From contig JBJCIZ010001206.1 of assembly GCA_051294375.1 (NCBI GenBank), positions 1 through 19,674 on the forward strand: 19,674 bases of DNA. The letters are read 5' to 3'. The notes beneath the pieces were generated by a model that saw nothing but the letters and a program-made list of their open reading frames with translations, was not told the DNA's origin and did not search any database. The position numbers and the translations under genes are program-made. The stretch's first letter is position 1. Every line of letters begins with the position of its first letter. This stretch comes from Paraspadella gotoi. Taxonomy: Eukaryota > Animalia > Chaetognatha. Shown in pieces: positions 8,636 to 19,674 of the stretch.

Positions 8636-8929
8636 CTCTCTCTCTCTCTTGCTCTCTCTGTTCTCTCTCTCCCTATTTGAAAGTCCTCCAGAAAAATAAC
8701 AGGCTCATAATTCTTATGAAAAGTACAAGAAAAGTCAGAGGAACGAGGTTTTGCAAAAATGTTTGCAGAAATTTTGCCAGAATCTGTCGCCAAGAAAAAA
8801 CTAAAAAAATAGATTTTTTCTTCGTCTTTCGTCCAAACGAACAAATCACACAGAAAAAAGAAATAATCCAGGAAAAAAAAAGTGTATGAAAGAAAACTAT
8901 AGAGGGCACTTCAAACTCTGAGGATAATA

Positions 8930-8932
8930 TCT

Positions 8933-9030
<98 letters not shown>

Positions 9031-9540
9031 TCTACTCTCTCTCTATCTATCTTCTCTCTCTTCTCTCTCTCTCTCTCTCTTTTTTTTTTTTTTTTTTTAT
9101 CGCCCAAATATTTTCTTTTCTCCATCACAAACAATGTTGGAGGCCATGAAAAAGAAAGGAAAGGGAGAGGATCTCGTTTTCCGCTTCGAGACAGAGACAG
9201 AAGAAAATAAAAGGAGAGAGAGATAGAGACAGAGAGCGTACTCTCTCCCTCTCTCGCCCACGAATTTCTTATGAAGAGAATGAAGAAAGATTAAATAAAC
9301 AGAGATCAAAGGATTTTTTCCTCCGAAGAAAATGTCACCGCGAAAAAAAGTGAGAGAAAAGGTTCGTCGCATTTTGTGAGAGGCTGGGGTTAATGCGGTT
9401 ATGGTGTTTCTATCACCATAAATGTATGAAGAAGTTTGTTGAGGTTTTTCCCGCATTTTGGTGAAAATTTTTTTGGTCTTTTGGTTGTGACGAGGAGAGC
9501 AAAGGCTGTGAGTGACTTGAAGAGGCAAGGCGTGCGGGAA

Positions 9541-9571
<31 letters not shown>

Positions 9572-9743
9572 CTCTCTCTCTCTCTTCTTCTCTCCTTTCT
9601 CTCTCTCTCTCTCTCTCCTCGCTCTCTTCCACATAAGTCCCCAACTTCAACCTCGTGATTGTCTTTGACAGGCTTTGCCTTGATTCTTTATTCGTGATTG
9701 ACCCAATTTCTGAAGAGGAGAGAGACGGATTAAGACAGAATAA

Positions 9744-9827
<84 letters not shown>

Positions 9828-11131
9828 ATTTCCTCGACTCCCTTCCTGTCTCGTCATGAATCGTCAAACCTAAAAAGAATATTTTTTCGCGGCGTCGACC
9901 TCCGATCATAAAGAGCCACGTCTCTGTCGTTCTCTCTCTCTTCTTTTTCTCCTTCTTCTTTCTCTCCTTTTCCTTCTCTTTCTTTTTATTGTCTCCTTCC
10001 ATAACTTCTTCTTTCCTCGTTCTCAACGAAAACAAAAATGAAAGAATAAAAACGATCACGATTTTGTGAGATATTTGTGATTTTTATTTTGATGTGGCAT
10101 TTTAATTTTAATTTTAGTTTAAATTAAACTTTCTCCTTGTCACTCTCAAAAAGATTCCATCACATCGTCTTCCCGTTTTCTTCCGCGTTTCTTTTCCCGT
10201 TTCCTCTCCGGAAGTGATTCTTAATTAGAAAACTTTTGGCGAAACTGCATTCACGATCTTCACAACATTCCAAAAAAATATCTCTCTGGCTGTCCACCGA
10301 ATTTTCCTTCTCAATCTTTTTTTTTCTCATTTTTTTTATTTATTTTTTAATTTCATTTTGCTTTTCTCCTCAAAAAATTCTCTCCTCCCCGCTTTTTCTT
10401 TTCCTTTTCTTTTCCTTTTCCTTCCTTTTTCCTTTCCTTTTTCGCTTCCTCTTCCCTCCCTTTTTTTCTTCTCCTCCCCCTTCCCTTTTCCTTCCCTTTC
10501 TTCCCCTTTTCTTCTCTTGCCCTCCTTAGATTCGCTTACCATCTCACATAGAAGACTTTTCCTTCCAGTCTTGCTCTTTATCTGTGTCCTTCACTACCCC
10601 CCCCCCTCCTTCCCACCCTTTCCCAAACTGGATCTTCTTCCACTCTTTATCTTAAAATCATGAAAGCGATAATGGGAGGAAAAAGTAGGAGGAGGAAGAG
10701 TAGTGAGGAGGGTAGAGGGAAGGAAGTCGAAGGAGGAGTGAGTCGTGGTGAAAGAGGGAAGGAAGATTGAAGGAAGAAGGAAAACATGTTTTGGAGGAGA
10801 GTAATGGTGTTATAAATAAAGGAGAAAACAAGAAAAAGCCGAAAGATAAGAAGATGGAATAAAACAAAAAGAAAAAAAGGGAATAGATAAGAAAAAAAAA
10901 TTTTTTTTGAAAACCAATATTTTAAAAAAGAATTAGGGTTAAAAATAATAGAAATGGATAAATGTTCACTCGAAGATAATAAAGAAAAATGAACAACGTA
11001 GAGAATATAAAAGTTATTTATAACTTACTATCATTATAATTACAAATAAAGACAAAATATAAACAAAAAAATGCTATAAAAACTCGCTTCTCTAAGGTTC
11101 CGCGTACAAACGTTTGCATTTCGGAAAAAAA
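8930..11131 (-). repeat. Left arm of a ~2.2-kb inverted repeat: (TC)n, T19, then a ~2-kb body
   Basis: Reverse complement of 14741-16890 along its length. For example, atcgcccaaatattttc at 9099 vs gaaaatatttgggccgat at 16690, and gcatttcggaaaa at 11116 vs ttttccgaaatgc at 14747. Confidence 0.95.
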
Positions 11132-11165
11132 CGACTCTTTCCACTATTGTTCAGTTGTTACTTAC

Positions 11166-11389
11166 AATGATGATTAACTTTGTACCACAAAAATTAGGCC
11201 GAACGAAGGATTGGTTAGAAACAACTCCACCCGTTTCTAATGATAAAATAGTACCATTTTGGCAACTTTTAGCCAAAAAAATTATGTCCATTTTTGTCCA
11301 TTTTTACTTACGACTTCTGATTTGAATGCCAAGGAAAGTTGAGAAAATTTTTTTACTTTGGAATCCGTTCTTTCTTATCTTCTTTACCT
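11166..11389 (-). CDS. Two candidate exons (11389-11312 and 11236-11166) joined across a 75-nt intron; product unknown
   Basis: The minus strand has gctaat..cccag, an exon, gtaagt..gctaa..attag, an exon, then gtaagt. The spliced frame is open: VKKIRKNGFQSKKIFSTFLGIQIRSQTGGVVSNQSFVRPNFCGTKLIII. Confidence 0.35.
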
Positions 11390-11785
11390 CTGGGTAAATT
11401 TATTAGCTTAAATCATTTATAGTTTGCCTATGAATTAATTTTAAAGTTAACAAGTCAAAAAGTTGGAGTTTCAGTCTTTATCATAATTTGTTAAACAAAA
11501 AATAAATCAAATTGGTTGAAATTAACAGAAAATATAGCCTATTGAATAAGCTTTTAACACCTATAAAATTATCAAAAAAACTTTTTTGGTTTTAGCCACA
11601 AATAATTTTTAAAGACGTCTTTTAATTTGTGACTTTTTGTGACTTGCATTTATTTTTGATAAAGAGAATATTTTCAACTCATTTATTAGTTTTAAAAGAT
11701 GAGGTACATACTGACCTTGATTAATTAAAAAAAACCGCGCATCCTTTTAACCAAATGGAAAGCGTCAGGACTTGTTTTTTCTCAG

Positions 11786-11830
11786 AATCGACAGATTTTG
11801 CGGAAAAATTTTCCGCAAAATCTGTCGATT
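11786..11830. repeat. Perfect palindrome, 22-bp arms and a 1-nt spacer
   Basis: aatcgacagattttgcggaaaa-a-ttttccgcaaaatctgtcgatt. Confidence 0.97.
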
Positions 11831-12631
11831 TACTAAATTGCTAGGCAACCAAAATTGAAAAAAAAATCATCGCGCTACCGTTCATTTTCTTTCTTATAAT
11901 GAATCAAAGAATTTTCATTGATTTGATTCAATCTAAATGAAGAAAATAAGTGATAAGAAAGAGGAAAGGGAGAACAAGAAGAGGAAGAAGGGGAAGATGA
12001 GAGAGAATGAGGTGAAAAAAGGAAAAAGAGAAGGCAAAGGGGATAAATAGTAGAGAGATAAAGATAAGGCGGGAAAGAGAGGGGGGAAATTTAAAGAAAA
12101 GAAGGGGAAAGAAAGGGAAGGAGAGAATAAGAGAAAAAAAAGATAAGGGAAATGGAGCGAGAAGCAGGGAAAGGTAGGGGGTAAAAAATGGAAAGTGAGG
12201 TCGTGATATGAAAGGGAGGAAAGAGGGTTAGAAAAAAATGAAAAGCTGTGAAGAAGAAAGGTAACGAGAAAGAATAACAGAGAGGATATGAGAAGGAAAA
12301 AATGGTAACAGATATTGTGGTGTCTTTTCTGAATAGTTTGCTCTAAATATAAAGATACAAAAATTATTATAGGGAATTCGATCTTTAAAAGTTTTCTGTA
12401 CCATGAAAATTCATACATACTTTTTTTAAAACTAAGGAAGTTAATGAGATTAGATTGATAAGCATCGAAAGAATCTTGTCTTACCTATTTTTTAACTCAT
12501 AGAATTTTATCTGGGACGTACTATGTCATAAGAGAGAAGATAACTATAAGCCTACCCGTTTTTTTAAATGAAAGAAAGATTCATACTAGTCAATGAGATC
12601 ATCAGAGATGAACGTAAATTAAGTTCAGAAT

Positions 12632-12656
12632 NNNNNNNNNNNNNNNNNNNNNNNNN
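12632..12656. other. Assembly gap, 25 N
   Basis: Direct reading. Confidence 1.
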
Positions 12657-14286
12657 AAAAAAAAAAAAAAAACGACTCTTTCCACTATTGTTCAGTTGTT
12701 ACTTACAATGATGATTAACTTTGTACCACAAACACCATTAGCGAGCGCGACGAAGGATTGGTTAAGAAACAACTCCACCCGTTTCTAATGATAAAATAGT
12801 ACCATTTTGGCAAATTTAGCCAAAAAAATTATGTCCATTTTTGTCCATTTTTACTTACGACTTCTGATTTGAATGCCAAGGAAAGTTGAGAAAATTTTTT
12901 TACTTTGGAAATCCGTTCTTTCTTATCTTCTTTACCTCTGGGTAAATTTATTAGCTTAAATCATTTATAGTTTGCCTATGAATTAATTTTAAAGTTAACA
13001 AGTCAAAAAGTTGGAGTTTCAGTCTTTATCATAATTTTTTAAACAAAAATAAATCAAATTGGTTGAAATTAAAGAAAAATATAGCCTATTGAATAAGCTT
13101 TTAACACCTATAAAATTATCAAAAAACTTTTTTGGTTTTAGCCACAAATAATTTTTAAAGACGTCTTTTAATTTGTGACTTTTGTGACTTGCATTTATTT
13201 TTGATATAAGAGAATATTTTTCAACTCATTTATTAGTTTTTAAAAGATGAGGTACATCTGACCTTGATTAATTAAAAAAAACCCGCATCCTTTTAACCAA
13301 ATGGGAAAGCGTCAGGACTTGTTTTTTCTCAGAATCGACAGATTTTGCGGAAAAATTTTCCGCAAAATCTGTCATGTTCTAAAATTTGCTAGTGGTTCAT
13401 ACCAAATTTGAAAATGCAAAAACAATTGATCATGCGCTACCGTTTCATTTTCTTTTCTTATAATGAATCAAAAGGAATTTTCATTGATTTGATTCAATCT
13501 AAATGAAGAAAATAAGTGATAAGAAAGAGGAAGGGAGAACAAGAGAGGAGAGGGAAGGGGAAGATGAGAGAGAATGAGGTGAAAAAAGGAAAAAGAGAAG
13601 GCAAAGGGGATAAAAGTAGAGAGATAAAGATAAGGCGCGGGAAAGAGAGGGGGAAAAATTTAAAGAAAAGAAGGGGAAAGAAAGGAAGGAAGGAATAAGA
13701 GAAGAAAAAAAAAAAGATAAGGGAAATGGGGAAGCACGGCAGCATAGAAGAACAGGGTAGGGGTGTGACGTGGGAAAAAAATGGAAAGTGAGGTCGTGAT
13801 ATGAAAGGGAGGAAAGAGGGTTAGAAAAAATGAAAAGCTGTGAAGAAGAAAGAGAAAGGTAACGAGAAAGAAGTAATAACAGAGAGGATTATGAGAGGAA
13901 AAAAAAATGGTAACAGATATTGCTGTGATGTCTTTTCTGATATGTTTGCCTCTAAATAAATAAAAGATTACAAAAATTATTATAGGGAATTCGATCTTTT
14001 AAAAGTTTCTTGTATGTACCATGAAAATTCATACATACTTTTTTTTTTTTTAACAACTAAGGAAGTTAATGAGATTAGATTGATAAGCAATCGAAAGAAA
14101 ATCGTTGTCTTACCCCGTCATTTTTTAACTCATAGTAGATTTTATTTGGGCACACGTACTATGTCATAAGAGGAAGATAATATAGGACCTACCGTTTTTT
14201 TTTCAACAATGAAAGAAAGATTCATACTATAGTCCAAATCGCTGAGCATCATCAGAGACATGAACGATAAATTTAAAGTGTTCAGA
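12657..14286 (+). repeat. Tandem duplication, copy 2 (right of the gap; insertion-rich after ~13375)
   Basis: Colinear with 11125-12630. Confidence 0.95.
13337..13373. repeat. Second copy of the palindrome (18-bp perfect arms)
   Basis: gacagattttgcggaaaa-a-ttttccgcaaaatctgtc. Confidence 0.95.
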
Positions 14287-14740
14287 TTCCATTGTCTAAA
14301 AGAGTGGCTGATGTGCTAGCGCAGGCAACCCTAAGGAGAACTTTCTTTCAGGCTATAGGGCTAAGTAGTCAATCTTTCCCGGCCCTGGTTGCGGGAGAGA
14401 AAAATTTGAACACTTTGGGTGTTGAGCGGATCCTCCTGTCCTTTCCCTTTGCCATTTCAGAATGAAATCGTTCTACGTGAATCCCGTGAGAATCTCTTTC
14501 CGGTAGACACTTCTCTTTCGGATTTTCAGTTAATGTTTTGCAGTCTGTGAGAGTCACTGAGGGAGGAAAAAGTTACTAACAGTCACAGTCCTCATAATTA
14601 CCGGCATACCGAGTGTACAACCTGCGTTCTGTCCATTTTTTTCAGCAAAATTTTGTATTATGTTGGAAGAGGTTTTTTGTTATTTGCCCAGCTTAGTCAC
14701 GTCTCTGTGTGATAATGCTTCTTTTTTGTGTTTCTTTCTC

Positions 14741-16004
14741 TTTTTTTTTTCCGAAATGCAACGTTTGTACGCGGAACCTTAGAGAAGCGAGTTTTATAGC
14801 ATTTTTTTGTTTATATTTTGTCTTTATTTGTAATTATAATGATAGTAAGTTATAAATAACTTTTATATTCTCTACGTTGTTCATTTTCTTTATTATTCTT
14901 CGAGTGAACATTTATCCATTTCTATTATTTTTAACCCTAATTCTTTTTTTAAAATATTGGTTTTCAAAAAATTTTTTTTTTTCTTATCTATTCCCTTTTT
15001 TTCTCTTTTGTTTTATTCCATCTTCTTATCTTCGGCTTTTCTTGTTTTCTCCTTTATTAAACACCATTACTCTCCTCCAAAACAATGTTTTCCTTTCTTC
15101 CTTCAATCTTCCTTCCCTCTTTCACCACGACCCTCCTCCTCCTACTCCTCCTCCTCCTCCTCCTCCTCCTCCTACTTTTTCCTCCATTTTCTGCTTTCAT
15201 GATTTTAAGAAGATAACAGAGGTGGAAGAAGAAGTGAAGGAAAAAGGAAAGAAATGGGAAGGAAAGAGGGGAGGAAGGAAAGAGAATGGAGGAAGGGGAA
15301 AGAGAAAAGAAAAGGGGAAGAAATGGGAAGGAAAGAGGGAAGGGAGGAAAGAAAAAGGGGGAGGGGCAAAGAGAAGCGAAAAAGGAAAGAAAAAGGAAGG
15401 AAAAGGAAAAGAAAGGAAAAGAAAAGGGAGAGAGAATTTTTTGAGGAAGAAAAGCAAAATGAAATAAAAAATAAATAAAAAAAATTGAGAAAAAAAAAGA
15501 ATTGAGAAGGAAAATTCGGTGGACAGCCAGAGAGATATTTTTGTGAATGTTGTGAATGATCGTGAATGCAGTTTCGCCAAAAGTTTTCTAATTAAGAATC
15601 ACTTCCGGAAAACGGGAAGAAAACGGGAAGAAAACGGGAAGACGATGTGATGGAATCTTTTTGAGAGTGACAAGGAGAAAGTTTAATTTAAAGCTAAAAT
15701 TAAAATTAAAATGTCACAATCATAAATAAAAATCACAAATATCTCACAAAATCGTGATCGTTTTTATTCTTTCATTTTTTGTTTTCGTGAGAACGAGGAA
15801 AGAAGAAGTTATGGAAGGAGACAATAAAAAGAAAGAGAAGGAAAAGGAGAGAAAGAAGAAGAAGAGAAAAAGAAGAGAGAGAGACGACAGAGACGTGGCT
15901 CGTTTATGATCGGAGGTCGACGCCGCGAAAAATATTCTTTTTAGGTTTGACGATTTCATGATCGAGACAGGAAGGGAGTCGAGGAAATGCTCTCTCTCTC
16001 TCTC

Positions 16005-16045
<41 letters not shown>

Positions 16046-16196
16046 TCTCTCCTCTCTCTCTCTCTCTCTCCCTCTTATTCTGTCTTAATCCGTCTCTCTC
16101 CTCTTCAGAAATTGGGTCAATCACGAATAAAGAATCAAGGCAAAGCCTGTCAAAGACAATCAGAGTTGAAGTTGGGGACTTATGTGAGAAAGAGAG

Positions 16197-16264
<68 letters not shown>

Positions 16265-16855
16265 TTCCCGCACGCCTTGCCTCTTCAAGTCACTCACAGC
16301 CTTTGCTCTCCTCGTCACAACCAAAAGACCAGAAAAAAATTTCACAAATGGCGGGAAAAACCTCAACAAACTTCTTCATACATTTATGGTGATAGAAACA
16401 CCATAACCGCATTAACCCCAGCCTCTCACAAAATGCGACGAACCTTTTCTCACTTTTTTTCGCGGTGACATTTTCTTCGGAGGAAAAAATCCTTTGATCT
16501 TCTGTTTATTTAATCTTTCTTCATTTCCTTTCATAAGAAATTCGTGGGCGAGAGAGGGAGAGAGTACGCTCTCTGTCTCTATCTCTCTCTCCTTTTTATT
16601 TTTCTCTGTCTCTGTCTCGAAGCGGAAAACGAGATCCTCTCCCTTTCCTTTCTTTTTCATGGCCTCCAACATTGTTTGTGATGGAAAAAGAAAATATTTG
16701 GGCCGATAAAATAAAAAAAAAAAAAAAGAGAGAGAGAGGAGAGAGAGAGAGAGAAGAGAGAATAGAGAGAGAGAGAGAGATAGAGAGAGAAGAGAGATAG
16801 AGAGAGAGAGAGAGAGGAGGCAGAGAGAGAGAGAGAGAGATAGAGAGGAGAGATA

Positions 16856-16886
<31 letters not shown>

Positions 16887-16890
16887 AGAG
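14741..16890 (+). repeat. Right arm of the ~2.2-kb inverted repeat: body, A-tract (16708-16727), then (GA)n
   Basis: Reverse complement of 8930-11131. Confidence 0.95.
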
Positions 16891-17246
16891 TGAAAGGGAA
16901 TGGTTTAGCGCTGGTGCGACAAAGAGAAAAAGAAAAAAAAAAGAAAAATTATAATCGGATTAAAAATAAACTAAATGTGAAACGAAAATCGAAACATTTT
17001 AAAATGTAAACGGATTTTAGATTTAAAAGAAAAACTGTAGATGTTTAAAAAAACAAAAAAAAACATAATGCGATTTAAAAAATATGGTTAATTCGAAGAA
17101 AAAAAATTATATCCGCTTGAAAAAAAAAGACTTAAGAAAATCAAATAAGAAAAGAAAAGAAAAAGAAGAGAAGAAAAAAAAAATCTTTAATTCAATTTTT
17201 AGTTGTAGAGGAATTTGAAAACCCACGAGTTATCAACTTCAGCCCC

Positions 17247-17313
17247 ACTGCTTCGTCAAATTTCTCTCTATTTCAGGTCTACTGCTTCGTCAAATTTCTC
17301 TCTATTTCAGGTC
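17247..17313 (+). repeat. Perfect 33-bp tandem duplication (period 34) containing a pyrimidine tract and CAGGT
   Basis: actgcttcgtcaaatttctctctatttcaggtc at 17247-17279 and 17281-17313. Confidence 0.95.
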
Positions 17314-17665
17314 ATCACCTTTTTTTCTCTTTTTTTTCTCTTTTTTTGTTGACTTTCTTTTAATCTGCTTTTTTTCAATTTCCCCCTTTCTGTTTTAAAT
17401 TATATAAATTATATTATATATTATTTATTATATATAATTATATTATATAAATTATATATATATATTTTTATATTTTCACATTAATTCATCGACCGGTGGT
17501 CGGGGTCTTTTAAAAATTTTATTTATTAAATTTGATTTTTTCCGCTAAAGCCTAAAGTTTAAAATCTAATAAATATTCATTGTTCTTTTCTCTTTTGATT
17601 TTGCTTTCGTTTTTGTCCCGCTTACGTTTAAGTTTAAGTTTGAAATTCTTTATCTAAATTTTTAA

Positions 17666-17717
<52 letters not shown>

Positions 17718-17758
17718 TTTATCATCATCATCATCATCATCATCAACATCATCATCAT
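17666..17758. repeat. (CAT)n microsatellite
   Basis: Direct reading. A second tract lies at 18503-18563. Confidence 0.97.
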
Positions 17759-18233
17759 TATTGTTACGTAATAATGATCAATATATTACGAGGAAATTTC
17801 AGCTTCTCTACCTTTTCCCCACTGCTCTTTTGTTCCCTTACTAACGCAAGGATTTTCCGTTTCTCTGGCGATCACAGCGACACCTCTAGTTTCGATTGTG
17901 TATTAAAGTATATACTTAAGTACAAGTTTCCGAGGCAGTGTGTGGCATGTTCTGATTGGTTGCCGCGGTTTCGATAGAATTCAGCCATGATTTCTATCGA
18001 TGTGCAACTCTTCAGACTTCACTTAGTCTCACACTGCGTTTTGCTACTTTTTTATAAGTTTCTCTACAATTCGCATATAGATATTCTCGGAAACACGTTT
18101 TTTAATAATAAGTTTTTGTGATCGCTGGATTGGGGGACTTTCTTTGTGATAGAGGCAACATTTTACAATTCTGGCTTCAGAAACAAGTAAGAGAATCTCT
18201 TTAAAATTTATATATATATTTACTGAGTGTGTA

Positions 18234-18362
18234 TTAAATGTTTTGTTCCCTTCGTCCAGGATTTCTAACTTTAGCTTCAGAGAAGATCCTGGATTTCGCA
18301 TCGACTTGATCGTCCGCCATGTCGTCGACGATCAACTTTGCCGAGACTTTGTCGTCAGCCAT
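18234..18362 (-). CDS. Possible 42-aa small ORF or exon with an internal repeat
   Basis: MADDKVSAKLIVDDMADDQVDAKSRIFSEAKVRNPGRREQNI*, in a GC-richer island, with caagATGg start context. Confidence 0.25.
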   Translation of the reverse strand: MADDKVSAKLIVDDMADDQVDAKSRIFSEAKVRNPGRREQNI

Positions 18363-19059
18363 CTTGAGCTAGTGGACCGGTGCCATCGTCTCTTTTGCGC
18401 CATCTTCCTCGAATTCCTCTACTTATGATAGCGCAGAATTAGTTCAGGAAAGTTAGCGAATCAACGACAGCCACCTCTACGACTTCAGTTCGTTTACAAT
18501 TATCATCATCATCATCATCATCATCTCCATCATCATCTCCATCATCATCATCATCATCATCATCTCCTAAATTCACTTCAACCAAACAAAATATTTCTTT
18601 TTTTTATTTTTGTTTACAAAATGAGTCACACAGATTTTTCTTCTTTTTTTTCTTTTCCTCATCATCCACACATAATCGACGAATTGTTTTTTGTTTTGTT
18701 TTCTTAATCTTTACTTTTTGCTTTTTTCATTTGGCTTCCCCATAGCCGAACATCTCTCTCACTCCTCTCATCTCGCATATCGGGTGGACGTAGCTGCTCT
18801 GATCATGTGCTGTTTCGGCACGGACTCTCATCATCTCTCTCCTCTCATCATCCCGCATCTCTCCGATCTCTCTCCTTCTCTCCCCTTCAATACGGATCTC
18901 AGGCGAAACTCTTTATTTTTTCCCTATTTTTCTTTTTTCCCCTTTTTTTCCTTTTTTCTTATGTAGCTTCAACTTTCTTTCTCTTGATTGAATTCTTGAA
19001 GCAAATCTCTTTGCCTTCGTTTTTGGTGAAACTTGATTTTCCCTCTTTTATTCTCTTCT

Positions 19060-19078
19060 TTTTCTTTCTTTCTTTTTT

Positions 19079-19170
<92 letters not shown>
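19060..19170. repeat. (TTTC)n microsatellite
   Basis: Direct reading. Confidence 0.97.
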
Positions 19171-19416
19171 TTATATTTTATTAATATGATTATTTTACTT
19201 ACTACAAAAAATGTTTTTACAAAAAAAATTATTTTGCTATTATTATTTGAATATAAATTATATATATATATATAGGATTACATATGAAAATGTTCATTTC
19301 ATTACATTTTCTTTTCATTTCCTCCTTTTTCTTTATTTTTTTCTCTTCACTGGCGACTTCCTTCACTGTGACTTTGCTCAGAATTTCCTTTTAACTTCCC
19401 CGTGTGAAGTTCAAAG

Positions 19417-19417
<1 letters not shown>

Positions 19418-19459
<42 letters not shown>
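19418..19459. repeat. (CGC)14 trinucleotide repeat in a GC-rich island
   Basis: Direct reading. It may encode poly-Pro or poly-Ala in an exon. Confidence 0.9.
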
Positions 19460-19460
<1 letters not shown>

Positions 19461-19674
19461 CTCGCTGCCGCCACCAGCAGCCCATAAAACTCGACGTTAT
19501 GGGGTCCAGGCTGACGGGCACTCCACCATGAAATTCAAAGGGAAAAGTTCACTTCCTCTCTTGACTGACTTTAATTACAAGTTTTGCTCTTTATTGTAAT
19601 TTTGTTATCATTATTTTTCGCTGCTTCTATGTTTCTCTTTCTCTCTCTCTCTTTTTTTTTCTCTCTCTCTCTCT

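Larger units (their letters stand above)
6108..8930 (+). repeat. Direct repeat module, copy B (lacks the 790-bp insertion)
   Basis: Colinear with 651-4255 and runs into the (TC)n tract at 8930-9080. Confidence 0.95.
11125..12630 (+). repeat. Tandem duplication, copy 1 (left of the gap)
   Basis: Colinear with 12657-14286 from An-cgactctttccac to gttcaga. Confidence 0.95.

Noticed and set aside
9330-12080. Scattered E2F-like TTTSSCGC motifs
   Set aside because: They are short motifs in T-run-rich DNA with no positional support.
17398-17472. AT-only tract with self-complementarity
   Set aside because: Ordinary degenerate (TA)n low-complexity sequence.
18373-18383. 11-nt identity (tggaccggtgc) with insert 1261-1271
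   Set aside because: A match of this length is expected by chance between a 790-bp and a 20-kb sequence.

Overview
AT-rich eukaryotic DNA full of (GA/TC)n, (CAT)n and (TTTC)n microsatellites, with no recognisable conserved protein. Nearly all long ORFs in the track come from low-complexity repeats. The window is built from duplicated modules: a ~2.8-kb direct repeat (A 651-4255, B 6108-~8930), a ~2.2-kb inverted repeat (8930-11131 vs 14741-16890), a ~1.5-kb tandem duplication on either side of a 25-N gap, and a ~150-200-bp inverted fragment (5959-6107 vs 14288-14483). The copies differ mainly by small indels, as in poorly polished long reads, so part of this architecture may be an assembly artefact. 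The most interesting object is a 790-bp TG...CA insertion (1206-1995) present in copy A and absent from copy B. It lies 15 bp downstream of a tRNA-Leu 3' half and interrupts a GTAAGT splice donor. It carries a GC-rich, multi-stem, apparently two-state RNA domain (1243-1517) followed by the first T4 run. Also present: a 116-nt fold-back whose base repeats the tRNA-Leu acceptor stem, a perfect 22-bp palindrome with related copies, and minus-strand exons separated by short introns.
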